Source: Candidatus Saccharimonadales bacterium (GTDB taxonomy: Bacteria; Patescibacteriota; Saccharimonadia; QS-5-54-17). From it: 64,000 bases of DNA. This document shows positions 26,933-37,580 of this stretch, piece after piece. The notes beneath the pieces are model-generated. The model did not search any database. It was given only the letters and a program-made list of their open reading frames with translations, and was not told the origin of the DNA. Both the position numbers and the translations under genes were made by a program. The stretch is taken from NCBI GenBank assembly GCA_040903985.1, contig JBBDUI010000002.1, positions 599,633-663,632 of the forward strand. The letters run 5' to 3'. How positions within the stretch are numbered: position 1 is the stretch's first letter; each line of letters starts with the position of its first letter.

Positions 26933-28937
26933 GGCTAAAGCCCGCATAGTCAAACTCCGGCAGTTGATCGATGAGTACCGCCACGAATACCACGTGAATG
27001 ATCGTTCGATCATGAGCGAGGCGGCGGCCGATAGTCTCAAACACGAACTCACCGAGTTGGAAGAGCGTTATCCAGACCTGGTCACCATGGATTCACCGAC
27101 GCAGCGCGTGGCCGGCACGCCACTGCCACAGTTTAGTTCTGTAGCACACCGCTGGCCCATGCTGAGCTTAAATGATGTCTTCGATGCTAGTGAGCTAGAG
27201 TCATGGCAGCAGCGGGTAGAAAAGCTACTACCGGGAGAGAAGACAACCTATTTCATCGATCTCAAAATGGACGGTCTGGCCTGTTCACTAGTTTATGAGT
27301 ATGGACTGTTAGTGCGAGCGGTGACACGAGGTGATGGCAAGAACGGTGAAGATGTCACTCAGAATGCACGGACGATTAATTCAGTACCATTGCGTCTGCG
27401 AGAGGATGCTAGTAGACACCTGCTGCAGGGCTACACTGAGGTACGGGGTGAGATCGTTATGTATAAAGCCGACTTCGAGCAGTTAAATCGGGTGCGTGCA
27501 GTAGAAGGCCAGGCGTTGTTTGCTAATCCGCGCAATCTAGCGGCTGGAACTATGCGCCAGCTGGATGCCACGCTTGTAGCAGCGCGACCGTTACAGTTTC
27601 ATGCTTACGATTTACTGCGAGAGGATATGGACGATGTTCCGACTAGCGCAGCTAGTTATGAGTATTTACGTGAATTGGGCTTCAACGTTAATACTCAGGC
27701 TCAGCCAGCCAGTAATATAGCTGCGTTGCTCGAGTTTGCTGAACAGTGGCAGGAGAAGCGTCTCGATCTACCTTTCCATACTGATGGGTTAGTGATTAAA
27801 GTGAATGACCGCGAACAGTTCGATCGATTAGGTGTGGTGGGCAAGGCGCCACGGGGTGCCGTAGCTTATAAGTATCCGGCTGAGCAGGCTACTACGGTAG
27901 TGAAAGATATCGTCATCAGTATAGGTCGGACCGGTGCGGCGACGCCGGTGGCTGTTTTTGATCCCGTCGTAGTGGCCGGTACCACGGTGCAACATGCTAG
28001 TTTGCATAATGCTGATGAGATCGCCCGCAAAGATGTTCGTATAGGAGATACGGTAATCATCTATAAGGCCGGTGATATCATTCCTCAGGTCGAGCGTGTG
28101 CTGCCTGAGCTGCGACCAAATGGGACTAAGGCCTTTGATTTTTCCGCTGCACTAGCTCGTCAACACCCCGATTTAGAGTTTGAGCGACCAAGCGGTGAGG
28201 TGGTGACGCGAGTCAAAGGAGCTACCGGTCCGCTACTACTTAAACGAGCGCTTCGTCATTTCGCGAGTAAAGGGGCACTGGATATCGATGGTCTGGGCGA
28301 GAAGAATGCCATAGCCCTGGTAGATGCCGGTTTAATACAAGACTTAGCCGATGTGTACACGTTGGATAAGGAGAAGTTACTGGAGCTGGAGCGATTTGCT
28401 GAAATCTCAGCCGAGAAATTAGTCCAGGCGGTTAACCGAGCTAAACGGCCAGCGTTGCACCGTTTTATCTATGCTCTAGGCATTCGTCATGTCGGTGCGC
28501 AGACGGCGATCGATCTGGCTAATCACTTCGGCTCATTAGAGCGCTTGTCTCAAGCTACGCTGGACGATCTAAGTGCAGTTGATGGAGTGGGTCAGGTGGT
28601 AGCTGAGTCGATCGTGGGATGGTTTGGTGATGCGGATAATTTGAGCATGTTGGAGAAGTTTAAACAGTTGAATGTGGAGCCAGTGCAGGCATTAACTGCC
28701 GGAGGCTCCTTAGAGGGTAAGACTTTTGTTATCACTGGTAGCTTAGGGGAGATGAGCCGGGAAGAGGCGGCAGAGCGGATTCGTGCACTTGGAGGTAAGG
28801 TTACCGCTAGTGTATCGGCACAGACCAGTTATTTGGTGGCAGGAGAGAAGCCAGGGTCTAGTAAGGTCAAGCAGGCCGAAGATCATGGTACGGAACAGAT
28901 AGATGAGCAGGGATTACTAGAATTGCTCAAAGATTAG
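26883..28937 (+). CDS. ligA: NAD-dependent DNA ligase LigA.
   Basis: Adenylation KMDGLA motif. OB, Zn, HhH and C-terminal BRCT domains (FVITGSL...). 684 aa. Confidence 0.9.
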   Translation: MRSNDMALQSNQNEKDKAKARIVKLRQLIDEYRHEYHVNDRSIMSEAAADSLKHELTELEERYPDLVTMDSPTQRVAGTPLPQFSSVAHRWPMLSLNDVFDASELESWQQRVEKLLPGEKTTYFIDLKMDGLACSLVYEYGLLVRAVTRGDGKNGEDVTQNARTINSVPLRLREDASRHLLQGYTEVRGEIVMYKADFEQLNRVRAVEGQALFANPRNLAAGTMRQLDATLVAARPLQFHAYDLLREDMDDVPTSAASYEYLRELGFNVNTQAQPASNIAALLEFAEQWQEKRLDLPFHTDGLVIKVNDREQFDRLGVVGKAPRGAVAYKYPAEQATTVVKDIVISIGRTGAATPVAVFDPVVVAGTTVQHASLHNADEIARKDVRIGDTVIIYKAGDIIPQVERVLPELRPNGTKAFDFSAALARQHPDLEFERPSGEVVTRVKGATGPLLLKRALRHFASKGALDIDGLGEKNAIALVDAGLIQDLADVYTLDKEKLLELERFAEISAEKLVQAVNRAKRPALHRFIYALGIRHVGAQTAIDLANHFGSLERLSQATLDDLSAVDGVGQVVAESIVGWFGDADNLSMLEKFKQLNVEPVQALTAGGSLEGKTFVITGSLGEMSREEAAERIRALGGKVTASVSAQTSYLVAGEKPGSSKVKQAEDHGTEQIDEQGLLELLKD

Positions 28938-28996
28938 ATAGTTCGTATACTATACATTGTCTCCATAGCGATATGGCTAAAAGCATTACTTTTCAA

Positions 28997-29073
28997 GGGG
29001 CATTAGCTCAGTTGGCTAGAGCGCTTCGCTGGCAGTGAAGAGGTCGTCGGTTCGAATCCGACATGCTCCACCA
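28997..29073 (+). tRNA. tRNA-Ala (anticodon GGC) with the G3:U70 identity pair.
   Basis: Acceptor GGGGCAT/ATGCTCC with G3-U70 wobble. Anticodon loop CTGGCAG. T-arm GTCGG-TTCGAAT-CCGAC. CCA. Confidence 0.75.
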
Positions 29074-29229
29074 AGAAAAGAGTCTCGGCGTCAGCCGGGG
29101 CTTTTTTCTTGGAATAAATATGATGAGAACCGACCAGACCGCCGCCGTGGCGGGCCGGTGCGATAGAGAAGGAATCAATTCTATTACGAACCTATCATCC
29201 AAAGGCTATACGAATGGTACACTATACCT

Positions 29230-30504
29230 ATGCGAAAAATTTTACGGAATCTCGTTTTACAGCGCCTCGAAGCGTACGTAGAAAAACTACTAGGTAAGCA
29301 CCAGCCTAAAGTAATCGCTATTACGGGTAGTGTGGGCAAGACCTCGACGAAACAGGCCATCGCTCAGGTGCTTAGCTATAAATTCAGTGTGCTAGCTCAT
29401 GAGGGTAACTACAATACCGAGTTTGGTCTACCTTTGAGTTTGTTCGAGCTGGAGCCACCCGAGCGAACTACCGACGTCATTGGCTGGCTGAGAGTGTTTA
29501 AAACTATGCGCCAGACTATAGCGAATGACGACTATCCTTACGATGTGGTAGTGCTAGAAATGGGCGCCGATCGTCCGGGTGATATCAAACGCTTTATGAG
29601 CTATATCCGCCCCGACATCGGAGTAGTAACAGCCGTAGCTAAGGTCCATCTTGAGGAGTTTAAGTCGATTGAGGCGATACTGCGTGAGAAATGGCTGCTA
29701 GCCGAGACGAGTAAGCAGGTTTTTTACAATCATGATGACGAACGACTGCGAGACCATGGCGAGGCACAGTCGCATATGTACGGTTATGGGTTGAGCCCAG
29801 CTACTTACTGGATGGATCTGCAGCAGTTTGACGGGGAGAAAGGCTGGGGCGGCGATCTCTTCTTTGGTGACGAGGGGCTGCCATTGAGAGTTCCTGTCAT
29901 AGCGCGCCAGGCGGTCTATAGTTTGGTCGCAGCAGCAGCTGTAGCTCATAAGCTGGGTGTCGGTAAACGCGATATCATCGAGCAGTTAGCACAATTCCAG
30001 CAGCCGAAAGGCCGGATGCGTGTGCTGCAGGGTAAGAATGGCAGCATCATCCTAGATGACTCATATAATGCTAGCCCATATTCCGGAGTGGCTGCTCTCG
30101 ATGCACTGAGTCAGTTTACGGGACGCAAGCTGGCAATACTGGGCACGATGAATGAACTGGGTGAGTATGAGGCCGCTGGGCATAGATTGGTTGGCCGACA
30201 CTGTGGTTTTTTGGATAGGCTGATGACTATCGGGCAGCCAGCTAATGAACATCTGGTAGAGGCAGCTGAGAAAGCTGGAGTGGAGAGCGACAAGATACAG
30301 ACCTTCGCTAGTCCACAAGCTGCTGGAGAGGCTATGGTTAGCGAATTGCAGTCAGGAGATGTCGTCTTGGTTAAAGGCTCACAGAATGGCGTCTTCGCCG
30401 AAGAGGCAGTTAAACTACTACTAGCTGATCCGAAGGACGCAGATCAGCTCGTGCGACAAAGCCAGGGCTGGTTAGATAAAAAGCGAGAGCAGTTTAGAGT
30501 ATAA
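29230..30504 (+). CDS. murF: UDP-MurNAc-tripeptide--D-Ala-D-Ala ligase MurF (Mur ligase family).
   Basis: P-loop ITGSVGKTSTK. Mur ligase middle and C-terminal domain pattern. 424 aa. Confidence 0.7.
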   Translation: MRKILRNLVLQRLEAYVEKLLGKHQPKVIAITGSVGKTSTKQAIAQVLSYKFSVLAHEGNYNTEFGLPLSLFELEPPERTTDVIGWLRVFKTMRQTIANDDYPYDVVVLEMGADRPGDIKRFMSYIRPDIGVVTAVAKVHLEEFKSIEAILREKWLLAETSKQVFYNHDDERLRDHGEAQSHMYGYGLSPATYWMDLQQFDGEKGWGGDLFFGDEGLPLRVPVIARQAVYSLVAAAAVAHKLGVGKRDIIEQLAQFQQPKGRMRVLQGKNGSIILDDSYNASPYSGVAALDALSQFTGRKLAILGTMNELGEYEAAGHRLVGRHCGFLDRLMTIGQPANEHLVEAAEKAGVESDKIQTFASPQAAGEAMVSELQSGDVVLVKGSQNGVFAEEAVKLLLADPKDADQLVRQSQGWLDKKREQFRV

Positions 30505-30511
30505 TAGCTAC

Positions 30512-31258
30512 ATGTTTGCCCCTATAATAAAAAAACTCAGAACAATCCAGCAGAACGGGCTTACCACTTCGGTAATACAGCTGGGACGGAAAGCACCCGC
30601 GGCGGAGTTAGAACGGGTGCAGAATGCCATCCGTCAGGAGCTAGAGTGGATGAGTGGATTTGAACCTTACAATAATAATGAAGATATCGATCGGGCGGTA
30701 GCCGACGGTGAGTTGGTGCCAGTGACAGAGGATGATAATTTGCGTCCCGTCATGCGCTACCGGAATCCGGAGTTGATCCGAGACTATCCTCCCTACTTAA
30801 GGCAAAAGCCTTACCAATTACTACAGATCATCGGCCAACGCTGGCGTGATTTGATGCGAGAGAGGGGTCTCTCGGAGGATATAAAACTGGCGGTCTCGAT
30901 GCTAACGTGCACCAAGGAGTACCAGCAGAAGTTAATTCAGGGGGGCAAGCTGGCAGTAGACAAAGGACCGCATAGCTGCGGATTCGCCTTTGACATAGAC
31001 GGTTGCGGGTATTATCTCGGCGACACGCCCATCAATCCGCGCCCTGATAAGCAGTCGGCTTACACTCAGGCCTTTGCTTCCGCTGGCTCGAGAGTGGTAC
31101 CTTTTGGTAGTTACGAGCAGTACGATCGACAGGTTCACCTGTTATTGGATCAGGTACTGGACAGTCTGGCTTCCGAAGGTTTGATTCATTTCATACTAGA
31201 ATATCCTGACAGCAACAACAGCTCCTACCATATATGTACCAATCCCGAGACTCCATAG
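30512..31258 (+). CDS. Hypothetical protein, possibly a LAS/M15-like peptidase.
   Basis: HSCGFAFDID resembles the H-x-x-G-x-A-x-D zinc motif of M15 D-Ala-D-Ala peptidases. The match is weak. Confidence 0.3.
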   Translation: MFAPIIKKLRTIQQNGLTTSVIQLGRKAPAAELERVQNAIRQELEWMSGFEPYNNNEDIDRAVADGELVPVTEDDNLRPVMRYRNPELIRDYPPYLRQKPYQLLQIIGQRWRDLMRERGLSEDIKLAVSMLTCTKEYQQKLIQGGKLAVDKGPHSCGFAFDIDGCGYYLGDTPINPRPDKQSAYTQAFASAGSRVVPFGSYEQYDRQVHLLLDQVLDSLASEGLIHFILEYPDSNNSSYHICTNPETP

Positions 31259-31390
31259 TATAGTCTGTGCATTCGACGCCTTTAAGGGTGGGGCGCCTGT
31301 TAGACAACGTCTGAGCCGTCGTAGAGAGCCTTATAGATTCGCTAATTCCCCCTAACAGACCGGGTTCTATCTGATATAATCAGCTTTGTT

Positions 31391-33844
31391 ATGAAACTTT
31401 ATGATCCAAAGTCGATTGAAACCAAATGGCAGGCCGTCTGGACGGATACTGGGATATATAGGACCGATTCGAACCCTAAGAAGCCTTACTACTACAACTT
31501 AACTATGTTTCCCTACCCTTCCGGGGATCTACATACCGGTCACTGGTACGCCCTAACTGCACCGGATGTGCTGGCTCGTTATCAGCGTCGTCAGGGAAAG
31601 AATGTACTGTTTCCGATGGGTTGGGATGCTTTCGGTCTGCCGGCGGAAAATGCCGCCCTTAAACGTAATATCCCTCCCGCCGAGTGGACACGGAGTAACA
31701 TCGCCAGTATGAAGGTACAGCTGGCCCGGATGGGGGCTAGCTTTGATTGGGACAAGGAACTTTCAACGGCCAGTCCAGAGTATTATCGGTGGACTCAGAG
31801 GCTATTTTTGCTCTTGCATGAAAAAGGTCTGGCTTACCGAAAAGAAGGTTTACAGAACTGGTGTCCTTCCTGCCAGACGGTACTGGCTAATGAACAGGTA
31901 GTCGGGGATGATCATCACTGTGAACGCTGCGGTACGCCGGTTATTAAGAAAGAGTTAGAGCAGTGGTTTTTCAAAATCACTGACTATGCTGATCGTTTGC
32001 TGGAAGATCTAAATGAAATCGACTGGCCAGAGAAAGTAAAGACGATGCAGGTTAATTGGATCGGCCGTAGTGAAGGGGCTAAGATTAGTTTTGCAGTGGC
32101 AGACTCATCAGAAGTAGTTGAAGTATATACTACCCGTCCTGATACCCTGTTCGGGGCTACTTATATGGTGTTAGCTCCAGAACACCCGCTAGTTGATACG
32201 CTGATGAGTCAGGAGCAGGCTAAGGCAGTAGTGCAGTATCAAACACAGGCTGCTCGCCTGAGTAATGTTGACCGGATGAGTGAAGGGGAGAAGACAGGTG
32301 TCTTTACTGGAGCTTACGCCATCAATCCGGTGAATGAGGCGAGGATTCCGATCTGGATTGCCGACTACGTATTAATGGATTACGGGACGGGAGCGATCAT
32401 GGCCGTTCCGGCTCATGATGAGCGAGACTATCAGTTCGCCACTAAGTTTGAGTTACCGATCGTGCAGGTGGTAGAACCTACAGGCGAGGCCACCGCCCTG
32501 CCTTTTAGCGGTGAAGGACAGCTAATTAACTCCAGTGTGTATGACGGTATGGTAAGTAATGAGGCACGAATAGCCATCACGAAAGCTCTGCAGCGGGACG
32601 GTACCGGCAAAGCCACGACTCAATATAAGCTGCGCGACTGGCTGATATCCCGTCAGCGCTACTGGGGTGCACCGATTCCGATTATCTATTGCGATAAGTG
32701 TGGTACAGTGCCGGTTCCAGAAGATCAGCTGCCGGTGTTACTACCTGAGGATGTAGAGTTTGAGCCGACCGGTAAATCGCCGCTAGTTGCCCGGGAGGAC
32801 TTCGTTAGCACTAACTGCCCAAAGTGTGATGCCCCGGCTCGGCGTGAGGTCGATACTATAGATACTTTTGTCGATTCGTCCTGGTACTATTTGCGTTATC
32901 CTAATCCCCATTATACCGAGGGTATGTTTGACCCAGAAGAGGTTAGTGAGTGGCTACCGGTAGACCACTACATGGGCGGTATCGAGCACGCTATTTTGCA
33001 CCTGCTCTATTCGCGCTTTATCACAAAAGTTTTATACGACCATGCCGGTTTAGAGTTCAGCGAACCGTTTAAGAAGCTAAGCAATCAGGGAATGATCCTC
33101 GGTCCTGACGGTCAGAAGATGAGTAAGTCGCGCGGTAACGTCATCAGTCCGGACGAGGTAATCGATTCTGGCTACGGGGCCGATGCTTTTCGAACTCATA
33201 TGCTCTTCATCGGTCCCTGGACTGATGGTGGGCCATTTACAACGGAAGGGCTCGCCGGTACCTACCGTTTCATCAATCGCATCTGGCGACTAGTAGGAGA
33301 ATACCAAGATGGTGAAGCTACCGATAAGGTTGACAACCAGAGCGAGCTTGAGACAGCTCTCATAACTCATACCCACCGCACCATAGCTAAAGTTAGTAAT
33401 GATATCGAGAACATGAGTTTTAACACAGCCATTGCTGCGCTCATGGAGTTTACTAACTACCTTTATAAACAGAAAGAAGTTTTTCAACCAACGACTGATA
33501 ATACCGTCTGGAAGGATGCGATAGAGGCATTACTACTCTTACTGGCACCTTTTGCTCCTCATGTATGCGAGGAGCTGTGGTCTGAGCTGGGGGGTGCGGA
33601 GAGTATTCATATTGCAGGGTGGCCGGTCTGGAATGAGGAGTACCTTACCGAGGAGATGGTAACTATCGTAGTGCAGATTGACGGTAAAGTCCGGGCGCAA
33701 ATTAGTGCGCCCGCCGGGCTCGATCAAACAGAGACAGAGGAGCTCGCTCGTCAGGATGCGAAGATTTCAAAGCAGCTCGAAGATGTGACGGTGAGTAAAG
33801 TTATCGTTGTGTCCGATCGACTGATAAACTTCGTGATCGGCTAG
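31391..33844 (+). CDS. leuS: Leucyl-tRNA synthetase.
   Basis: HIGH-type motif HTGHWY. KMSKS (QKMSKSRGN). Editing domain. 817 aa. Confidence 0.9.
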   Translation: MKLYDPKSIETKWQAVWTDTGIYRTDSNPKKPYYYNLTMFPYPSGDLHTGHWYALTAPDVLARYQRRQGKNVLFPMGWDAFGLPAENAALKRNIPPAEWTRSNIASMKVQLARMGASFDWDKELSTASPEYYRWTQRLFLLLHEKGLAYRKEGLQNWCPSCQTVLANEQVVGDDHHCERCGTPVIKKELEQWFFKITDYADRLLEDLNEIDWPEKVKTMQVNWIGRSEGAKISFAVADSSEVVEVYTTRPDTLFGATYMVLAPEHPLVDTLMSQEQAKAVVQYQTQAARLSNVDRMSEGEKTGVFTGAYAINPVNEARIPIWIADYVLMDYGTGAIMAVPAHDERDYQFATKFELPIVQVVEPTGEATALPFSGEGQLINSSVYDGMVSNEARIAITKALQRDGTGKATTQYKLRDWLISRQRYWGAPIPIIYCDKCGTVPVPEDQLPVLLPEDVEFEPTGKSPLVAREDFVSTNCPKCDAPARREVDTIDTFVDSSWYYLRYPNPHYTEGMFDPEEVSEWLPVDHYMGGIEHAILHLLYSRFITKVLYDHAGLEFSEPFKKLSNQGMILGPDGQKMSKSRGNVISPDEVIDSGYGADAFRTHMLFIGPWTDGGPFTTEGLAGTYRFINRIWRLVGEYQDGEATDKVDNQSELETALITHTHRTIAKVSNDIENMSFNTAIAALMEFTNYLYKQKEVFQPTTDNTVWKDAIEALLLLLAPFAPHVCEELWSELGGAESIHIAGWPVWNEEYLTEEMVTIVVQIDGKVRAQISAPAGLDQTETEELARQDAKISKQLEDVTVSKVIVVSDRLINFVIG

Positions 33845-33902
33845 GATGCCCAAGACTACAGAGAAGGATCAGTTAACATTACCTTCCAAGGAGCGACGTA
33901 GT

Positions 33903-34541
33903 ATGTCTCACCGCTTGGCAGCTGGCAGTTTGCTGCTCACCCTCGCCTGTACGAGCGAGACAGCTGAAGTATCCTCGCAGTCGCTCGAGCAGTCTGAACA
34001 GCTAGTGCAGCAGTCTGAGCGTGCTGAAGCTCTAGGACAGAAAGCCGTCACTGAGCTTAGAGATAAGATTAGAGGTGGTGTAGAGGTTGATTTCGAGTTA
34101 GCCCTGGATCAGTGTGTTTTTTGGCCCGATATTGAAGGTTTTTATCTGGTTGTCTACAATCCGATCATCTATCGTTACCAGGAAGACGGTGAGATATTGG
34201 AGTTCTTTCCCTTTATACCCCCAACCCCGAATACAGAGATACTAACAGTCATGAATGGACCCTATCGTTATGGCCTGACTGATGAGGACCATGGCTTTAA
34301 GGTAGTGGTCGACGATATCGGATCGGCCGATGATGCTATCATGTTTACTCTTGAATATAGCGAGATCTTAAGCTTGGGGCAGGGCGACAAACAAGAGATG
34401 TTCACTCCAGCCTGGGCTTATACAAGCGATGAGGTGCCAATTATCGAGACTCATATCGTAGCTGAGAGTGATATAGAACGAGCTATGCGAGATATCTGTG
34501 GACTAGAACCGGTCATAGATGATGGGACTTCAACTACCTAG
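33903..34541 (+). CDS. Putative lipoprotein (lipobox LTLAC). The track ORF starts at 33846, but the internal Met at 33903 gives a signal peptide.
   Basis: MSHRLAAGSLLLTLAC lipobox with acidic mature region. Confidence 0.45.
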   Translation: MSHRLAAGSLLLTLACTSETAEVSSQSLEQSEQLVQQSERAEALGQKAVTELRDKIRGGVEVDFELALDQCVFWPDIEGFYLVVYNPIIYRYQEDGEILEFFPFIPPTPNTEILTVMNGPYRYGLTDEDHGFKVVVDDIGSADDAIMFTLEYSEILSLGQGDKQEMFTPAWAYTSDEVPIIETHIVAESDIERAMRDICGLEPVIDDGTSTT

Positions 34542-34623
34542 GCTTGCAACTTCGCTTGTTATGGCGGGTGGTCTTCGTTATACTTTTATGTAAAGTATAA
34601 ATTAAAGCATGACAGGAGTCGGC

Positions 34624-34756
34624 AATGGGAATGCCCAAGAAGCGCCGCAGCCCACGCAAGCAAGGCCTGCACCGTTCACATTTGGTGCGACAGCTCGCCG
34701 AGCGGGTTAATAAGCGGTCACCGGTAAAGGTGAAATTAGGAAACAAGCAGTCGTAA
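34624..34756 (+). CDS. rpmF: Ribosomal protein bL32 (about 43 aa). Not in the ORF track because it is under 60 aa. Coordinates are approximate to within 1 nt: my hand count and the track frame disagree by 1 nt in this stretch.
   Basis: Manual translation gives M(GM)PKKRRSPRKQGLHRSH..., matching the bL32 N-terminal PKKRTSKSRRDxRRSH pattern. Confidence 0.5.
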
Positions 34757-34781
34757 ATTTAAAGTACGGGTACATTAAAAC

Positions 34782-35231
34782 ATGGCTTCAAATCGGCACC
34801 TTGGCAGGATAGTAGCACTTCAGAGTTTGTATGAATACGATTTTCGGGTAGACGAAAAGCCCGATATTGATGCCATAACTCAGCGCAATCTAGATCAGTA
34901 CGATGGTGTGATCGACGACACTGAGTTTGTCTATGATATGACGCGGTCGGTTTTAGTCGAGCAAGAGCGAATTGATGCCATCATCCAGCCAGCTGCACCA
35001 GAGTGGCCGATCGCTCAAATCGCCCGGATCGACAAGATTGTGCTTAGGATGGCAGTATATGAGCTGGTCGTGCAGCAGAAGATCCCGCCGAAAGTAGCCA
35101 TTAACGAGGCTGTCGAACTCGGCAAACGATTCGGCGGTGACAGCTCATCAAAATTTATTAACGGAGTATTAGGAACTATTTATCGTGAACAAATCGAAAC
35201 CAAATCAGACCAACCAACAGCAGCCGAGTAA
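34782..35231 (+). CDS. nusB: Transcription antitermination factor NusB-like.
   Basis: [13 protein letters not shown]... NusB fold pattern. 149 aa. Position upstream of rnc/rpsP. Confidence 0.65.
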   Translation: MASNRHLGRIVALQSLYEYDFRVDEKPDIDAITQRNLDQYDGVIDDTEFVYDMTRSVLVEQERIDAIIQPAAPEWPIAQIARIDKIVLRMAVYELVVQQKIPPKVAINEAVELGKRFGGDSSSKFINGVLGTIYREQIETKSDQPTAAE

Positions 35232-35772
35232 GCCGCAGAATTCATCAAACGGAAGTAATCAACCTCGTTCTGGCTCACGGCCACGCGGTCATAAGCCGAA
35301 ACTGAATAAATTTCGGCAGATTCGTCAGCGTATTCGCAAGACCGTACCGGAAGAGACGGCGGGTGGAGTGGTATTTCGGCGCACTGAGCGAGGGATCGAA
35401 ATACTAATGATCCAGGATGCCAAGGACCGTTGGACCATCCCCAAAGGACATGTCGAGCCAGGTGAGCGGATTGAAGAAACAGCGGTGCGGGAGATTGAAG
35501 AAGAGACTGGATTGGGTGATCTACGTATTCTCGATCGACTAGGTAAGATCGATTTTCGTTATCGCAAACAAGACAAACTTATCTTGATGACGACGCATAT
35601 TTTCCTGATTCATGCCTTTAAGAACACAGAGGATTACGTACCGGAAGAGAACGAGGGGATTAAGGACGTCGAGTGGTTCCCAGCTAATAAAGCACTTGAT
35701 CTTATCGAGTACGACGACATCGGTAAGCTATTTCTAATCGCCCTAAAGAAGATACGCCATGCCGGATATTAA
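35185..35772 (+). CDS. Nudix hydrolase (GTG start).
   Basis: Nudix box [23 protein letters not shown]. Confidence 0.75.
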   Translation: MNKSKPNQTNQQQPSKPQNSSNGSNQPRSGSRPRGHKPKLNKFRQIRQRIRKTVPEETAGGVVFRRTERGIEILMIQDAKDRWTIPKGHVEPGERIEETAVREIEEETGLGDLRILDRLGKIDFRYRKQDKLILMTTHIFLIHAFKNTEDYVPEENEGIKDVEWFPANKALDLIEYDDIGKLFLIALKKIRHAGY

Positions 35773-36451
35773 AGATTTACAAGCTGTTATCGGGGTGACG
35801 TTCACTCAGGTGGATTTGTATGAAACGGCCTTAACCCATCGCTCTTACCTGAACGAGAAGGGTAGATCCCAAGTAGAGCATAACGAGCGGATGGAGTTTC
35901 TCGGTGATGCCGTGCTGGAGTTGGTAGTCACCGAATACCTCTATCGTAACTATCAAGAGCCAGAAGGTATCTTAACTAACTGGCGCAGCGCGTTGGTTAA
36001 GACCGAGTCGCTTAGTAGCGTAGCTGAGACTTTAGAGATCGAGCAGTGGCTGCGGCTGAGTCGGGGTGAACGGAAGGGCAGTCGTCGAGCCCGACGGCAG
36101 ATTCTCGCCAACACCATAGAGGCTATTATCGGTGCTATTTATCTCGATCAGGGCTATGGACCGGCTCAGCTATTCATTACTAACAACATTATCTCTACCC
36201 TGCCAAAGATCCTGGCTGAGGGTAGTTGGCAGGATAGTAAGACAAAGTATCAGGAATTAGTGCAGGAGCGAGAAGGACACACGCCGGAATATGAAGTGAT
36301 ATCCGAAACTGGACCAGATCACGATAAGCGGTTTACGGTTGGAGTTTATGTCGACGGCCAATTACGGGGGCAGGGAGACGGCACTAGTAAGCAGATCGCC
36401 CAGCAGGAAGCAGCGACCGCGGCGTTAGCCGAAGTCGAAGTGTCTGAGTAA
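35759..36451 (+). CDS. rnc: Ribonuclease III.
   Basis: ERMEFLGDAVLELVVTEYLY RNase III signature. C-terminal dsRBD. Confidence 0.85.
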   Translation: MPDIKDLQAVIGVTFTQVDLYETALTHRSYLNEKGRSQVEHNERMEFLGDAVLELVVTEYLYRNYQEPEGILTNWRSALVKTESLSSVAETLEIEQWLRLSRGERKGSRRARRQILANTIEAIIGAIYLDQGYGPAQLFITNNIISTLPKILAEGSWQDSKTKYQELVQEREGHTPEYEVISETGPDHDKRFTVGVYVDGQLRGQGDGTSKQIAQQEAATAALAEVEVSE

Positions 36452-36480
36452 TTGACACCTGTGCTTCAGATGGGTACAAT
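36452..36480 (+). promoter_or_regulatory. Consensus sigma70-type promoter (TTGACA-17 bp-TACAAT) upstream of rpsP, followed by a leader hairpin (36519..36548) and T-run.
   Basis: Read directly. Perfect -35 and -10 hexamers with 17-bp spacer. Confidence 0.55.
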
Positions 36481-36564
36481 AGAGCAGGTTGTGATAAGAA
36501 ATTATGATATTTCACACTTATCCGCTCTCAAAATCAGAGCGGATTTTAATTCTGAAGAGGTGAC

Positions 36565-37035
36565 ATGCTAACAATTAGACTTGCCCGTACCGGTCGTAAG
36601 AAGCTCGCTCACTATCGTGTAGTAGCGGCCGATTCGCGCCGCGCGGCTACCGGGAAGTTTGTCGCTCAACTCGGTCATTATAATCCACACTCTAAAGAGC
36701 TGGTCCTCGATGAGGCTCTCACTCAACACTACCTTGATAAGGGGGCTCAACCTTCCAGTCGAGTGGTGCGTTTACTGCAGAATAACAAGGGCGTGAAACT
36801 ACCTGAGTGGGCTCTGAAGAATCTGGTGGTTAAAGCCGAACAGGCCAAAGTCGAGCCCGAAGTTGAAGCGGCTGAGACTACTCCGGCTGAAACCACTGAA
36901 GCTACAACTGAGCCGGAAACAGAAGTCGAGTCCACAGCTGAGACTACGGAGCCTGATAAGGCCGCATCAGAAGAAGATGCCGCCAGTGAGGCGGCTGAGC
37001 CGGAAGCCTCTACTGACGACAGTAAAAAAGAGTAG
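36565..37035 (+). CDS. rpsP: Ribosomal protein bS16 with an acidic C-terminal extension.
   Basis: MLTIRLARTGRKKLAHYRVVAADSRR is the canonical bS16 N-terminus. Confidence 0.9.
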   Translation: MLTIRLARTGRKKLAHYRVVAADSRRAATGKFVAQLGHYNPHSKELVLDEALTQHYLDKGAQPSSRVVRLLQNNKGVKLPEWALKNLVVKAEQAKVEPEVEAAETTPAETTEATTEPETEVESTAETTEPDKAASEEDAASEAAEPEASTDDSKKE

Positions 37036-37131
37036 CCTTTTCGCCCGTAAAAAGGCTGAGATCACCGCTTGAACCGGCGGCCTGACCATATGCTATGATG
37101 AGATGAGTTAAGTAAGCAGGAGATTCCGGGT

Positions 37132-37572
37132 ATGGCAGACACTATAGATCAACAGTTTATCGAGTATATAGCTAAAACTCTCGTCGAAAACGAAGACGCC
37201 GTTCGGGTGGAGCGCACTATTGATGAGCGGGGTGTACTACTTCAGCTCCATGTAGCGCCGGAAGATCTTGGCCGAGTTATTGGCCGGGCTGGTAGTACGG
37301 CTAAGAGTATGCGTACGCTTCTGCGGGCGTTAAGTGTGAAAAACGATGCTCGTTATAACTTAAAGATTGTTGATTCGGGCGATCCAGTTGCTAGCGTGAG
37401 TGACGATGCGGTAAGCCATGATGATGTAGATGCAACTCCGCCGGCTGAGCCGGTAGCCACGGATGAACCGATGGATATTCCAGACCATTCTGAAGAAAGC
37501 GACGCCGAAAGTGATAGCCTAAGTCGCAGCCGCCGGGAAATCGCTGATTTGACCGACGACCTCGATATTTAG
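37132..37572 (+). CDS. KH-domain RNA-binding protein (YlqC-like) with an acidic tail.
   Basis: VIGRAGSTAKSMRTL contains the KH GxxG loop. Conserved position between rpsP and trmD. Confidence 0.75.
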   Translation: MADTIDQQFIEYIAKTLVENEDAVRVERTIDERGVLLQLHVAPEDLGRVIGRAGSTAKSMRTLLRALSVKNDARYNLKIVDSGDPVASVSDDAVSHDDVDATPPAEPVATDEPMDIPDHSEESDAESDSLSRSRREIADLTDDLDI

Positions 37573-37580
37573 GATACCTA

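Noticed and set aside
34534-34746. 70-aa minus-strand ORF (TTG start) between the lipoprotein gene and nusB.
   Set aside because: It is antisense to a well-supported bL32 (rpmF) reading frame with RBS and canonical N-terminus, so it is probably spurious. I also noted a 1-nt disagreement between my hand count and the track frame here, so the rpmF coordinates are approximate.
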